Position numbers and translations under genes: made by a program. The notes below the pieces were generated by a model that was given only the letters and a program-made list of their open reading frames with translations, ran no database searches and was not told where the DNA came from. DNA of 62,415 nt, counting the filler, from Choristocarpus tenellus KU-1152 (taxonomy: Eukaryota; Protista; Phaeophyceae): NCBI GenBank assembly GCA_964200185.2. It is 12 parts of 12 records of this genome, joined end to end, with 100 filler letters (N's around TTAATTAATTAA, not from the genome) between each part and the next. Parts side by side here need not be neighbours in the genome. Positions count along the whole stretch, not along the records: positions 42,229 to 52,038 come from CAXNAD020003372.1; positions 52,139 to 62,415 come from CAXNAD020003021.1; 10 more parts are not named here. One strand, written 5' to 3'. Positions within the stretch are counted from its first letter, which is position 1. Every line of letters starts with the position of its first letter. This document shows, piece by piece, positions 49,175-59,799 of this stretch.

Positions 49175-50428
49175 ATGAAGTCCACCGCTTGTGCCTGCTC
49201 TGTGCTTGCCTCTATGGCCTCTGTATCAGCTTTTGTAACCCCGAACTCCTTCACGGCTAATACAAAGGTTGTTCCAGGAAGGGCTAATCTCAAGCGCACT
49301 AGGCCCAACATGTCGACTCCCTCAGAAGCTGTGCCTACTACAGAGGTACCCGAACCAGAACTCGTACAAACTGGTCCGGAGTATCTCGCCACTCTCCCTG
49401 GTAGCGGTGCCCCATTGGGTATCTTCGATCCCTTGGGAATCGCGTCGAAGGTACGAGCTCGTAAACTCTACGTCTCGCCGTTGAAAAATGATGTGAACAG
49501 TGGAAATACAATGTCAATAGCTCGAACTAGTCAAAGGCAAGGTGCTGATATTCTGCACGTCTCAACTCAACTTTCCTTTCCCTGTTCAACGCATATTTCT
49601 TTCGTAGTTCCGCGCCATCGACGTTAAAAAATTCAGGGAGTCAGAGGTGAAGCACGGCCGCGTTGCCATGCTTGCGTTCATAGGCATGTTGCTTCAGGAG
49701 TTGGCACACCCGCTATACAATGGCGGTGCAGACCTTGGCCCCGCCATCTATCACATGCAGGCTATCGAGTCGGACTTCCCACTTGCGCCCATCATGCTCT
49801 TTGTGCTGATCGGTGTTCTTGAGGGGAACAACATCTACGGCAAGTACTCCTCTGCGTATTGTCAGCCGAATGCGTGTCCTCTTTTTTTCTTTTCGGGGGT
49901 TCAGTTTTGAGTTAGTATACAACCTCATACATGCCCTCATGTAGGCAGTGACTTCCATTCAGGGATAGGTTTGTATGACTGACAATGATGAACAGAAACA
50001 ATAACTCACCGAAAACGAGTGTAAGCACCAGAATTGCTGTGGGACAGGACGAAGGTGTCGAAGATTACTGCAGCGAATGGCGTGGGGTTTCTCGTGCAAC
50101 CTTGGCTATCTTGTTACTCTTTCAGCGCTCTGGTATCATGCAGCAAGTCAACTTACACCCTTTTCTCTTTCATCGAACTTTGTGCACCTTTGTATCAGTT
50201 GGCTGGGAAAAGCAGCCCATCAAGGAGGGGATTGCCGACCTTAAGGAGGATTTTGCACCCGGAGACCTCGGCTTTGACCCCCTTGGTCTCTATGGCAAGG
50301 ACGCTGCAAGCAAGCAAGCCATGGGAACAAAGGAGCTCAACAATGGCCGGCTGGCAATGCTTGCGGTGGTCGGTATTTGGGCACAAGAACTGGTCGACGG
50401 CAAGACTATCCTGGGGCACTTCTTATAG
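49175..50428 (+). CDS. LHCX: LHCX (LI818/LHCSR-like) stress-related fucoxanthin-chlorophyll binding protein, complete, 3 exons
   Basis: Exons 49175-49450, 49608-49839 (GC donor) and 50199-50428. Signal peptide plus VSA-F plastid motif, [44 protein letters not shown] and [20 protein letters not shown]. Confidence 0.93.
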
Positions 50429-51290
50429 TTATTTTATAGATGATTGTACTTGGCGATAGAAGTACATTTTGAAATTTTGAAAAGTGTAAAGTGTGTTGGT
50501 GTGAAGTGATATTGCTGGGGGCCATGCGCTAACCATGTTCCTGGTGGAATAAGCCGATTTTGATGTGCTGCCCTCAGTACTATTTCTAATGAGCAGCTGG
50601 CACCCTGTCTGTATTGGGCATCCTCCCTTTTATTTTTGTGGGGCAACGTGTGTGAAGGGGTCTTAACATCGAACGTTACTCTAACTTGCATTGTTTAGAA
50701 ATTCCGTGTGAAGAGGAAATGGAACGAGTTACTGAGAGGGTTACTGCTCCTCACCCTATTGCTTGGATGACGCGATATTTATTTCTGAAGAAAAAACAAA
50801 GACAAGAGAACTCCTGTCGTAAAATAATAATAAAAATTCTTGAAAGCTCATTCAACTACTACTACGATATGTGTCACCATCCTTCCATGGCTTCTCGAAT
50901 CTTGTCTGACAACCATTGGCCGCTACCTGTGCCGCTTTTGTGTTACAAAATGAGGAAGTCTTTCAGACCATTGCATCTGCTTTCTATCATATAGATCATG
51001 GACATATGTGAGGACATTTTTGATGCACTTAAGTAAGAATAAAAAATACAGCAATGTAAAAGGTACTGTAAATGTGACATGATTTTGACGGTACTACTGT
51101 GCTTGGAAAATGTTGTGCCAAGCATCACGCCACTGAATCGAAGCTAATGACACAGTATGATCACACTCTGTGAGCAGTAACCCTAACCCATCCAATTTGA
51201 CAATACGTTCTTGGAGTTGAAGAATCTACTCTCGAAGTGGGGTAGGTTTTGGACCTTAAAAACTAGGAGCATTTTTGACTCTGTGCAAAA

Positions 51291-51846
51291 GAGTCAAAGT
51301 AAAAGAGAGGTACCCAGAATTGCATTTTAAGGATGCTGATGTGCAAAATTCGCTTTTTTTTCAAATACCTATAGGGTATTTTTGTCATCCACCTAACAAT
51401 TGCAATTAATCATCCAAATTATTCGTAAATTATACTTTCTTTTTCTTTTCAGTTTTCTCGCACGAGTACGCACGACTGCTATTGAAAGTGCAGGAGTATC
51501 ATCTATAAAAAATGTCATATCTGCAAGTTCCACGGCAGCTTTATCTCAGGTCACTATAATGTTCTTCATTTGGAAGCATTACAACATTTTTTTTTTAGAT
51601 GCCTTAGAAGCTTTTAGCTTTGTCTCTGAATCATTAAAATCTAACAGGCCATTTTTATCTACCTTAATTATGGTAGTATTTGGAAGCTTTTGGTTAAGCG
51701 TAAAAATAGAAACAGTACTGAAATCAACACTCTCGAATCAAACTTTCCACTTTATCCCATAAAATGTGGGTGAATTGCATAAGATCGAAAACTGGCTTAA
51801 AGTGTGAAAGAACAAAAACTTGGGTACCTCTCGTTTGCTTTGGCTC
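51291..51846 (+). mobile_element. MITE family C, longer variant (556 bp)
   Basis: GAGTCAAAGTAAAAGAGAGGTACCCA...TGGGTACCTCTCGTTTGCTTTGGCTC; flanks aaa/aac. Confidence 0.82.
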
Positions 51847-51966
51847 AACATACCCCATATCCATACTTGAAAAGCAGTTGTGACTATCAGGGTGTGTGGT
51901 GGTAGATGAAAAAGGTAGCACCTGTGACCACATTGCTACTCAAAAATACTCACCACGGTAAGTAGT

Positions 51967-52038
51967 GACCCAAAGTATCTGGGGGGGGGGGGGGGGTCCT
52001 ACCCCAGGCGGTTACATTTGGCTAAAAAACTAAAAAGA
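51967..52038 (+). mobile_element. MITE family A left end, cut by contig end
   Basis: GACCCAAAGTATCT-polyG. Confidence 0.8.
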
Positions 52039-52413
52039 NNNNNNNNNNNNNNNNNNNNNNNNNNNNNNNNNNNNNNNNNNNNTTAATTAATTAANNNNNN
52101 NNNNNNNNNNNNNNNNNNNNNNNNNNNNNNNNNNNNNNCCCCCTCCTAAATAGTTTGAGGCTCTCATTTATTGTATCTGTAACATGATATTGCTATTATT
52201 TTATTTTAATTACATTTACATACATGGTAGGAGCAGCAAACGCCATGTAATTCCTACTGCGATGGTAAACAATTACATATGATCGTTAGTTTTTAGAGCT
52301 TTGGATTGCGCACCTGTTCGCACCATGACTTCAAATATACACTGTATGAAGTTTGATAGTGTTGTACTACACTGTACATTGATTATATTGTGGCTAACAT
52401 ACAGCATAAACAG

Positions 52414-52495
52414 GACGACGTGCCCGAGTGGTTAAGGGGATTGACTCGAAATCAATTACGGTTACCGTGCGCAGGCTCGAGTCCTGCCGTCGTCG
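52414..52495 (+). tRNA. tRNA-Ser(CGA)
   Basis: Acceptor stem GACGACG/CGTCGTC with discriminator G; D-loop CGAGTGGTTAAGG; anticodon arm ATTGA-CT-CGA-AA-TCAAT; variable arm ACGG-TTA-CCGT; T-arm GCAGG-CTCGAGT-CCTGC; TTTT shortly downstream. Confidence 0.93.
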
Positions 52496-53192
52496 AGTTG
52501 TTGCATTTTGTTTGTGGATACACGATTAACTTGTTGGGGATACATAATATTATATATTTCCTTTATGCACTTCAACGACGACTTATCAGCTTTAGGTGGA
52601 TTAATTAAGAATTGATATCATAACTGGAATGTTCGGTCATTTGGTTCTTACTTTCTTCAGAAGATACTCAGAACACAGAATAAGTGGCACATCTACCTGG
52701 GTCAAACCATTTGAGAGTGTGGACCCTTTTGCATCCTAAGCCATCTTTCTTAACCTGTGCATTGCACTCTATTTCATTGCTTTATGTGCACAATAAATAC
52801 TGAACATAAAATTGACATTCCCTCTTTCCGCACACAAAGAAGTGATATCAAAATTCAGTGAAGGCTCGTTCTCCAATAATACAAAATTACATCCTTTACC
52901 CTTTCTCAGGACCCTTTAAACGCAACCCTGCCTACCTCTCAGTTGGTGTGACTAATCTCAACAGTGCTTTAGTCATATAATACTAAGCAGTACAAGAGTA
53001 TGATTGTTGTACTGAAAGAAGTGTAACAAAATCATGATGGATCCATCTTCACTCTTCACACTCAACCCCTCAGGTACATGTTCTTCTCTCCTTTTTCGAA
53101 AATTAGACATGAAAGAATGAGTAATATAATATTGTGATAGAGGAGATATCCTCTGTCGATGAGGAAAGAGCATTCAAAAAATGAAGTCGAAC

Positions 53193-53265
53193 TGTTACAG
53201 GCGCCCCTCAGAACTCACCTCCATAGGATGTACAACTCAAATCCAACGACCATAAAACGACGCTA
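53193..53265 (+). mobile_element. 5' end of a TGTTACAG-family LTR
   Basis: tgttacaggcgcccctcagaactcacctccataggatgtac matches 34392 onward. Confidence 0.6.
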
Positions 53266-53435
53266 TGGGGGCGTTGCCCTTTACAACAGTTTGTAGGGTG
53301 TCAGGTGTACTTCTCTTCTTGATATTCCACTCAGTGCCTAGCTCAAAGCTCGACTCAAAGTTTCGTTCAAGGTAAAAATGTAAGGACTGGCATAAGGGGG
53401 GTCCTGGATTTAACCAAAAGCCCTCTTATTATTTT

Positions 53436-53692
53436 GAGTGAAAGTATCTTAGAGGGTACGAGTTTTGCTCTGTTTGTCCATTTGGGGCTTGGCTTCCCGT
53501 GGGTTCTTTTATGACATTTTTCGTACTCAAATGTGTTAGGACCAGGTAAAGTGTGTATGCTATGAAAAGGTGTCTGGAACATGGATATTGACACTTGCTA
53601 ACAAACACGATAGTTAAAATTACATCAAAATCGCAACATTGGATTTTGGCCCCCAAATGGACGCGGCTTTACCCTCTAAGATACTTTGGCTC
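53436..53692 (+). mobile_element. MITE family B
   Basis: GAGTGAAAGTATCTTAGAGGGTA...TACCCTCTAAGATACTTTGGCTC; flanks ttt/att. Confidence 0.92.
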
Positions 53693-53697
53693 ATTTC

Positions 53698-54045
53698 ATA
53701 CCGTTTGATACTCTATCCAACAACTGTTGTCATCACGAGTTGGGTGAAGCACCATTGGTCTACAGGACAGTCATTAAGAGGTACACAAATAGTTACTGAG
53801 GGATCCACTTGAAAAACCTGGTTTGGACTTGTTTGGGGTGGAAATACACCAATTACGACACTATTGATAAAATGTCTGAGGGCATAATAGTAAATCGTTT
53901 TCATTGCAGATGTGTACGATAAGATTTAATACCGTTTGATACTCTATCCAAGAACTGTTGTCAACACGACTTGGGTGAGCTACCATGTATCCACAGGACA
54001 GAGTCATTAAGATGTGACAATCAGTGACTGAGGGATCTACTTGAG
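53698..54045. repeat. Two diverged direct repeats of about 115 bp (53698-53812 and 53929-54045)
   Basis: ataccgtttgatactctatccaa.aactgttgtca.cacga.ttgggtga...acaggacag..cattaaga...actgagggatc.acttga occurs twice, 231 bp apart. Confidence 0.85.
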
Positions 54046-54646
54046 AGCCTCCCCCTGCCTGAATCGTAATTCTCCCTTCTCGTTACTCTGAACAATTTTT
54101 ACTTCTCTAATCTTTATCTCGTCCTCTCAGCTACGGCTTGGTCCGCATCTGGTCCTTGTTTCCCAGTGGTTCCCTTCACCATCCGTCACAAAGTAACAAC
54201 ACAGTTCAAGTAACACTTGTGTTAATTACTGTTCGTACTGCAGCTCTAGACCTCTAGGGTCTCTACACTTAGATCTCTGTAGTGTCCAGTCCCATTTTGG
54301 GGATATGATACATCAAGGTAACTATCCCTGAAAGCAAGACAATCAAGATCAAGTATGTCTTGATCTGAATGGCAATTGGCATTTGACCAGGTTGATCAGG
54401 ACGAGGTACTTCGTGCTAAGGTCTTCATCATGATGATCCTTCCCACTGACCTTCCTTGTGGACAAGGGTCAGTGTTTCCACTGCCCCTACCCTCATTGTG
54501 TGTATGCTCTACAGCTTCTTCTCAGGCGGAAAGCAAGCACAGAGATACTTACAACAACGTGGAGGATAACAGTGACGACGAGGATACTAACTCACAGAAG
54601 CACTCTCCTCAATGAGCTTTCCTCTGATACCAAGGTGATAATATTA

Positions 54647-55193
54647 TGTTACAGGAAAATAGCGCGAGTATTTTTTCCAGTGCTTTAACAAGTTCGAGCA
54701 GTGTACACGCGTGTGGAACCCCAAAAGGGGAACTCCGATTTGCTTAAGGTGTAGAATTAAATCTGTAACTTGGGAAGGTCGCAACGGTTCTCAGATGTAT
54801 TCCAACGTCTGTAAACCAAAGAAACAAAATGGTAAATGATGATAATAGATCCTAAAAACGACTCCAAATGGCTCAGTTCTCAAAGGGCTCAAACCCCACA
54901 GGAATCTCACTCTTAATCTGATACCAATTCTCATACATATGCTTATTGATTCATCAAGAGTACTCCTTTTCTGCTGAGCTGACGTTCGTTAACCTGTGGA
55001 TTGGACCCCTTTGACTGTCGGAGTATCCTGGGAGCCCTGTACGAACATCAGCGTCATCTGTAAGCCTGTGGATTGGAGCTACACATCCTGTGGAGTATCC
55101 TGGGAGCCCTGTACGAACATCAGCGTCGACTGTAGGCCTGTGGATTGGAGCTACATATCCTGTGAAGGTGAGCTTTTGGAGCGTGCTGTAACA
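54647..55193 (-). mobile_element. Solo LTR with perfect TGTTACAG/CTGTAACA ends and 4-bp TSD ATTA
   Basis: atta|TGTTACAG...CTGTAACA|atta; internal 72-bp tandem duplication at 55021 and 55093. Confidence 0.82.
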
Positions 55194-55936
55194 ATTACTT
55201 GGGAATTGAAATACGTTAGTATGTAGTCTCTCTCCCACGTACAATATATTTGAGTATTATAGGTTTACCAACCTACGCAGCATCTGTAATTTCCGAATCT
55301 AGATAGAGTCCTCAATCTTACGTATAGAGTCTGGATAGTGTTGATCACCATGATAGGAATCTATCATTAAGTAAGGTCTTTTTTCATCCATGATGAAAAG
55401 GAGGGGGTGGGAAAAGGTGAGCAATCCGATTGTTTCTCTTCGTCTGCTGTTAACTACACCCAGCTCCAAGAAAGTTGCATTTTCTTTGTGTTGATTGACT
55501 AAACTATGTCGTATGTCCTCCTTCTCCTTTGCTCTATGGGCATTCATGGCAGGCATTTACCTTGCAATTTGTCCTCAACCTACTACATATCCGCTTCCTA
55601 CCCTACTTGGCAATTCCTCATTCCATGCACCAATTTCTTAACTCATCTCTGATGTTCTGCCTCTTCCTTCTCGACAAAATTCCACATACATTCAATGGAG
55701 AGGGTGGAGAGAAAACAGCTGTTCATACTCTGCGTACAAGGGGGACTAAACTTCAGCTGGGTATCAACACGAGAGTCTACAACTTTTTGGGAGGAGCTTG
55801 ACGGAGGTTATTTGATTCGTGCAGTACACCACTCTTCTTGTAGGGAGATCCTTCCTGAATCTAAAAATACGCTAGTCGAACACACCTGGAGAAATGTCTG
55901 ATCTTGGTTCTTCAGATAAGGTGATGGCGTTGAATG

Positions 55937-57980
55937 TGTAATATAGACAGTTCAACCGCAGGACTGATCTATGATGACTTGTAAGGACTCCACCCCACGT
56001 TGGGGCTTACAGCTCTGTTATTTGTTTAGGGAGTGAGCGCAGGTTCTGTCAAGGACCGCATATGCTCCAAACATCGAATTATGCAAATGCCTCAGCTATG
56101 TTAGGAAACCCCTCCATGCTGTGTCTACAACACCCCCAGAGCCAAGCATGCTTCCAATTATAGCAAAACTGCCAGCTCGACAAAGAACAGCATACGATAT
56201 CCAACTCAAATGTCAATCTTGTACTGCTGCTAATAATCGTATTGTCCTCTTGAGCATGCAACTTCAGGTTCTTCAACTGTCTACATAGAAAGGCAGGGGC
56301 ATCCTCTAAAATGGAAGAGAGTGGCTTCCATATCCTCTTGCCCTCACTAAACCTCAATCAATTTACCAAAACGTGGTATTCATACCCTTCTACCCTGTGC
56401 AGTGCCAGAATATCAGATATTTCAAATCCCCCCTGGTTCTTCATGCACTGGAATGTTTGCTTCATCTCTGTGGTCACGTGCAGCTCCTTATCTGCATATA
56501 ACCACAACCTCTTTAGCCGCTGCACCGTCACTTCCCGGCCATGATGCCCAGCTTCACCCGTGAGTGCACACACCATCAGGCGTGTCCGCAGATCCTTTGC
56601 CTCATCAGGTATCAACAGTGAGGCTGTAACCTCAGCACCCTCCTGCATCATGCCATCCTGATCATGATGTACACGGCCAGCAGAGGTCATAAATCCTTTG
56701 CTTTCATGCACCGTCACACCCCCTAGGACCTTGCTGGCCGCTAGTTGTGCCTCATACACCACCGCTCTCGATGGCAGGGTGTCCTCTCCCTGCATCTCCA
56801 TAGACACGGCTACGGCTCACACCGCCACCACAGGGACATCAGTCCACCTGGACAACAAGTCCCCCCAGCAATTGTGCTCTCCAGTGATGTACTGGATAGT
56901 GTAGTAGTACTGTTCCAGGATAGTGGCCCAGTGCAAAAGACGTTGAGCAGTGACCTTGGACAGATCTGTGATACACAAGGATGAGTAAAAGATATGTGCG
57001 AGATTGCAATGGTCACAAAATATGTGGGCCACCTGCCAGAGTACCCAATCCAGGCGCCAGGAAGTCCCCATGATAGCGAAAGCCACCTTATTTGCTGTGG
57101 CCCAGCGTAGCTATGATCCCTGAAAAGAACTACTCAGGAGTCTCAGCGGCTCATGACTCATATTTTCCACTGCCACACCTCCATTCAGCTACATCGGAGG
57201 GACCTGTGTAACAAAACATCCACAGTGCTTATCAGAGGCGTCTGGAGAAATCAGCACAGCACACTCCTCCCTGGGGTGTAAGAGCTCCACCGCCTGGGGT
57301 GTAAGAGCTCCACCGCCTGCCAAGGTGGAGCCCAATAGGGTAGTGCTGAAGGAAGGGGCGACTCCTGTGAAGGCCAGACCCAGGGCGTCCCATCCAGAGC
57401 AACAGAGCTGGATAACAGGATTTGTGGGCCTGTTGGTCGTAGTGGGGACCCCACAGGATGTATGGAGTAGCCCATCATTGCCTTTGCCCAAGCCTGAGGG
57501 GCGGGACTACCAATTGGTGACAGGTTTCAGCATGGTGAACAGAGTCGCCCATGCTGCACAATATGCAGCGTAGACAAATTGGTCCCATATAAGGCCCCCC
57601 AGACTGTGCGTGGCTCATCTCCGTCGTTCCTCGATATGTTGGACCCCTTCATTCTAGTAACTCTGCTGGTTTTTGCCCCGTTGTGTGCACTTCAAGCTCC
57701 AGCAAGCTCCCTTGCTCACATGTTGTTCTTCCCCAGACAATTCTAATGCCGCACTTGATCCTATGGTCAAGTTTCGAGAATTCAAATGAAATATAGACAG
57801 TTCAACCACAGGAACTGATCTATGATGGCTTGTAAGGTCTCCACCCTACGTTGGGGCTTACAGTTCTGTCAATTGTTTAAGGAGTGAGCATACGTCCTGT
57901 CAAGGACCACATAAATTCCAAACATCAAATAATGCAAATGCCTCAGCTATGTTGGTAAAACCCTCCATGCTGTGTCTACA
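55937..57980 (-). mobile_element. Internally deleted Ty3/gypsy chromodomain LTR retrotransposon with two LTRs of about 193 bp
   Basis: LTRs 55937-56129 and 57787-57980 (TG..CA), flanks aatg/aata. Minus strand: RNase H (SPDASDKHCGCFVTQ; QRLLHW..YTIQYITGEHNCWGDLLSRW), integrase GHHG, chromodomain (FEISDIL..Y.VLVN*..WKPL..EDAP), then a G-rich tract before the 3' LTR. The RT N-terminus is on the opposite strand. Confidence 0.87.
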
Positions 57981-58755
57981 AATACCATACGAGATCAATC
58001 TTCACCAGAGCAGCAGGTCTGGTGTGATTGAACATAGGTATTTGACGACAACATGTCCATGATGTTTCGTCTGATGGATTTCCAATAGCGTTTTAGTATG
58101 TAACACATAGGCTTTGGTAATGCGAGGAATATATACGAGTGATGAGGTTTCCCCTCATATTTTCAGGATTAACGTGTGCAAACCATCTAAAATGGACAGA
58201 AACACTAACAAGATAAGATTAGACTATTGGACAAGAAACAAACAGATTGAACACAGAATTGCAAAAATTTTGTGTTGCTCATTGAGACCCAGAGCGACAT
58301 TTCTTATAAATTTATTTGTTTTATTTATTCCATTCTGTAAGAGTTGAACAGTTTTGGAAAATTTTGGTGTGTAAGGTGGTACCAGTAGCTTCGCTCTTTG
58401 TGGCAATCTTGCTTTTTTTTCAACGGAACGATACAATCGTCATACAACTAGGTGACAAAAGCGTTTGAAGGTTTGTATTCACAAATGTCCAGACCTTGGG
58501 GAACGGGACCTATGTCCCGACCAAGCAATGGCAAAAACGCGAGGGAACATCTCCGGCGCAATTTTGAAGGTCGCGACTTCAAAACGGACAAAAATGAAGT
58601 AGTTGGCTGAACTCCTTGCCAAACCCTGGTCCAGGCTAGATCGCTGTTCAAGTTAGGTCAGTGTCGCGATACCCCTATAAAAACAAGATTTACGAACATC
58701 TTTTTAACGCCGTTTGCAGACTTTCTGTCAGCACACACACGAGTGACTTACACAG

Positions 58756-59772
58756 GAACATAAACCACGACGGTGAGACAAGGAGAGGCACCGAGGCCAC
58801 TCTACCTCCTGGATCTACCTACCGTTGGCACCTTCTCTGTCGAGAGGCGACGGAAAAGTAAGTACCATGTGACACTCAGTGCGATGTTAGGTGACGAGAA
58901 ATTGCGAGTAGTGTGGCGCAGCAGCATAATCAAATCGCGAGATGGATCACAGGGCCGTGACACTGATGCTGAGAGAAGATGCATTGGAAGCATTACCACA
59001 CAAACGTGGTTGGATCTTCAACAACGTCGGAGCACTGCTCTGCAGTCTCTGCTGTTCGATTAGACTCTTCCAACTCTATCGGACAGTTACAGTAAACTGT
59101 TTATGGAGTAAGAGAACAATCATTAGTGATTAAGTTATCAGAACCTTTTACTAATGATTACCTATACGAGAAAATTTATCATATAAAAGGAAATATTTAT
59201 GATTTTATGGGGACCTGCATGCCCCACTTAGCTTTCATCAATCACTCTACAGACATCAAGCAATCTCGCTGGGTTTATCACCTTTATTCTCTTGAATGAT
59301 TTGGGCGATACTTTAACACAATATATTGAACCATAGGTTTCTAACCCATCATTTCGTCATGTCTATACATGGAGATGCGATTCTACCTGTTCTTGCTGAG
59401 GGCCCATCTGTTCAAGAATTCCGACACCTTATGGCGGCGGTACCTGATCTGTCAAGAAACATTGGCAATCTTATGTTGCAGTTTGATAGAGTTAGCAATG
59501 GAAATCATCCTGTCGTCCAGGCTGCCGTACCCAGCACACGGCCTCCGGCTGGGCACGTACCAGTCAAAGTGGGTCCTATGAAACCCATGTTGAGGGAACA
59601 TTTCCCAGAGAGGGGAAACAATCTGGATGGTGTGAGCGTCAGAAGTGGGGCAAGTTGGAGGTCCGGTTCTTCGGAGAGCTTGGGGTCAGGCGCACATATT
59701 GTTCGCCCTAAGACAAAGAGATCTAGGACCCAGCCACTGAAACTATTGGACGGCTCGGACTACCAGGACTAG
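58756..59772 (+). CDS. Candidate last two exons of an unknown gene (58756-58857, 59337-59772)
   Basis: CAG|..AA|GTAAGT and TAG|G splice in matching phase into a 145-codon terminal frame. No homology recognised. Confidence 0.4.
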
Positions 59773-59799
59773 CGGAGGCATTTCATCGTGCATTACCGA

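Noticed and set aside
5065-52094. Recurring TTAATTAATTAA palindrome as a biological repeat or CRISPR-like array
   Set aside because: It is always centred in 44+44 Ns, so it is a synthetic contig linker. Gene neighbourhoods across linkers are meaningless.
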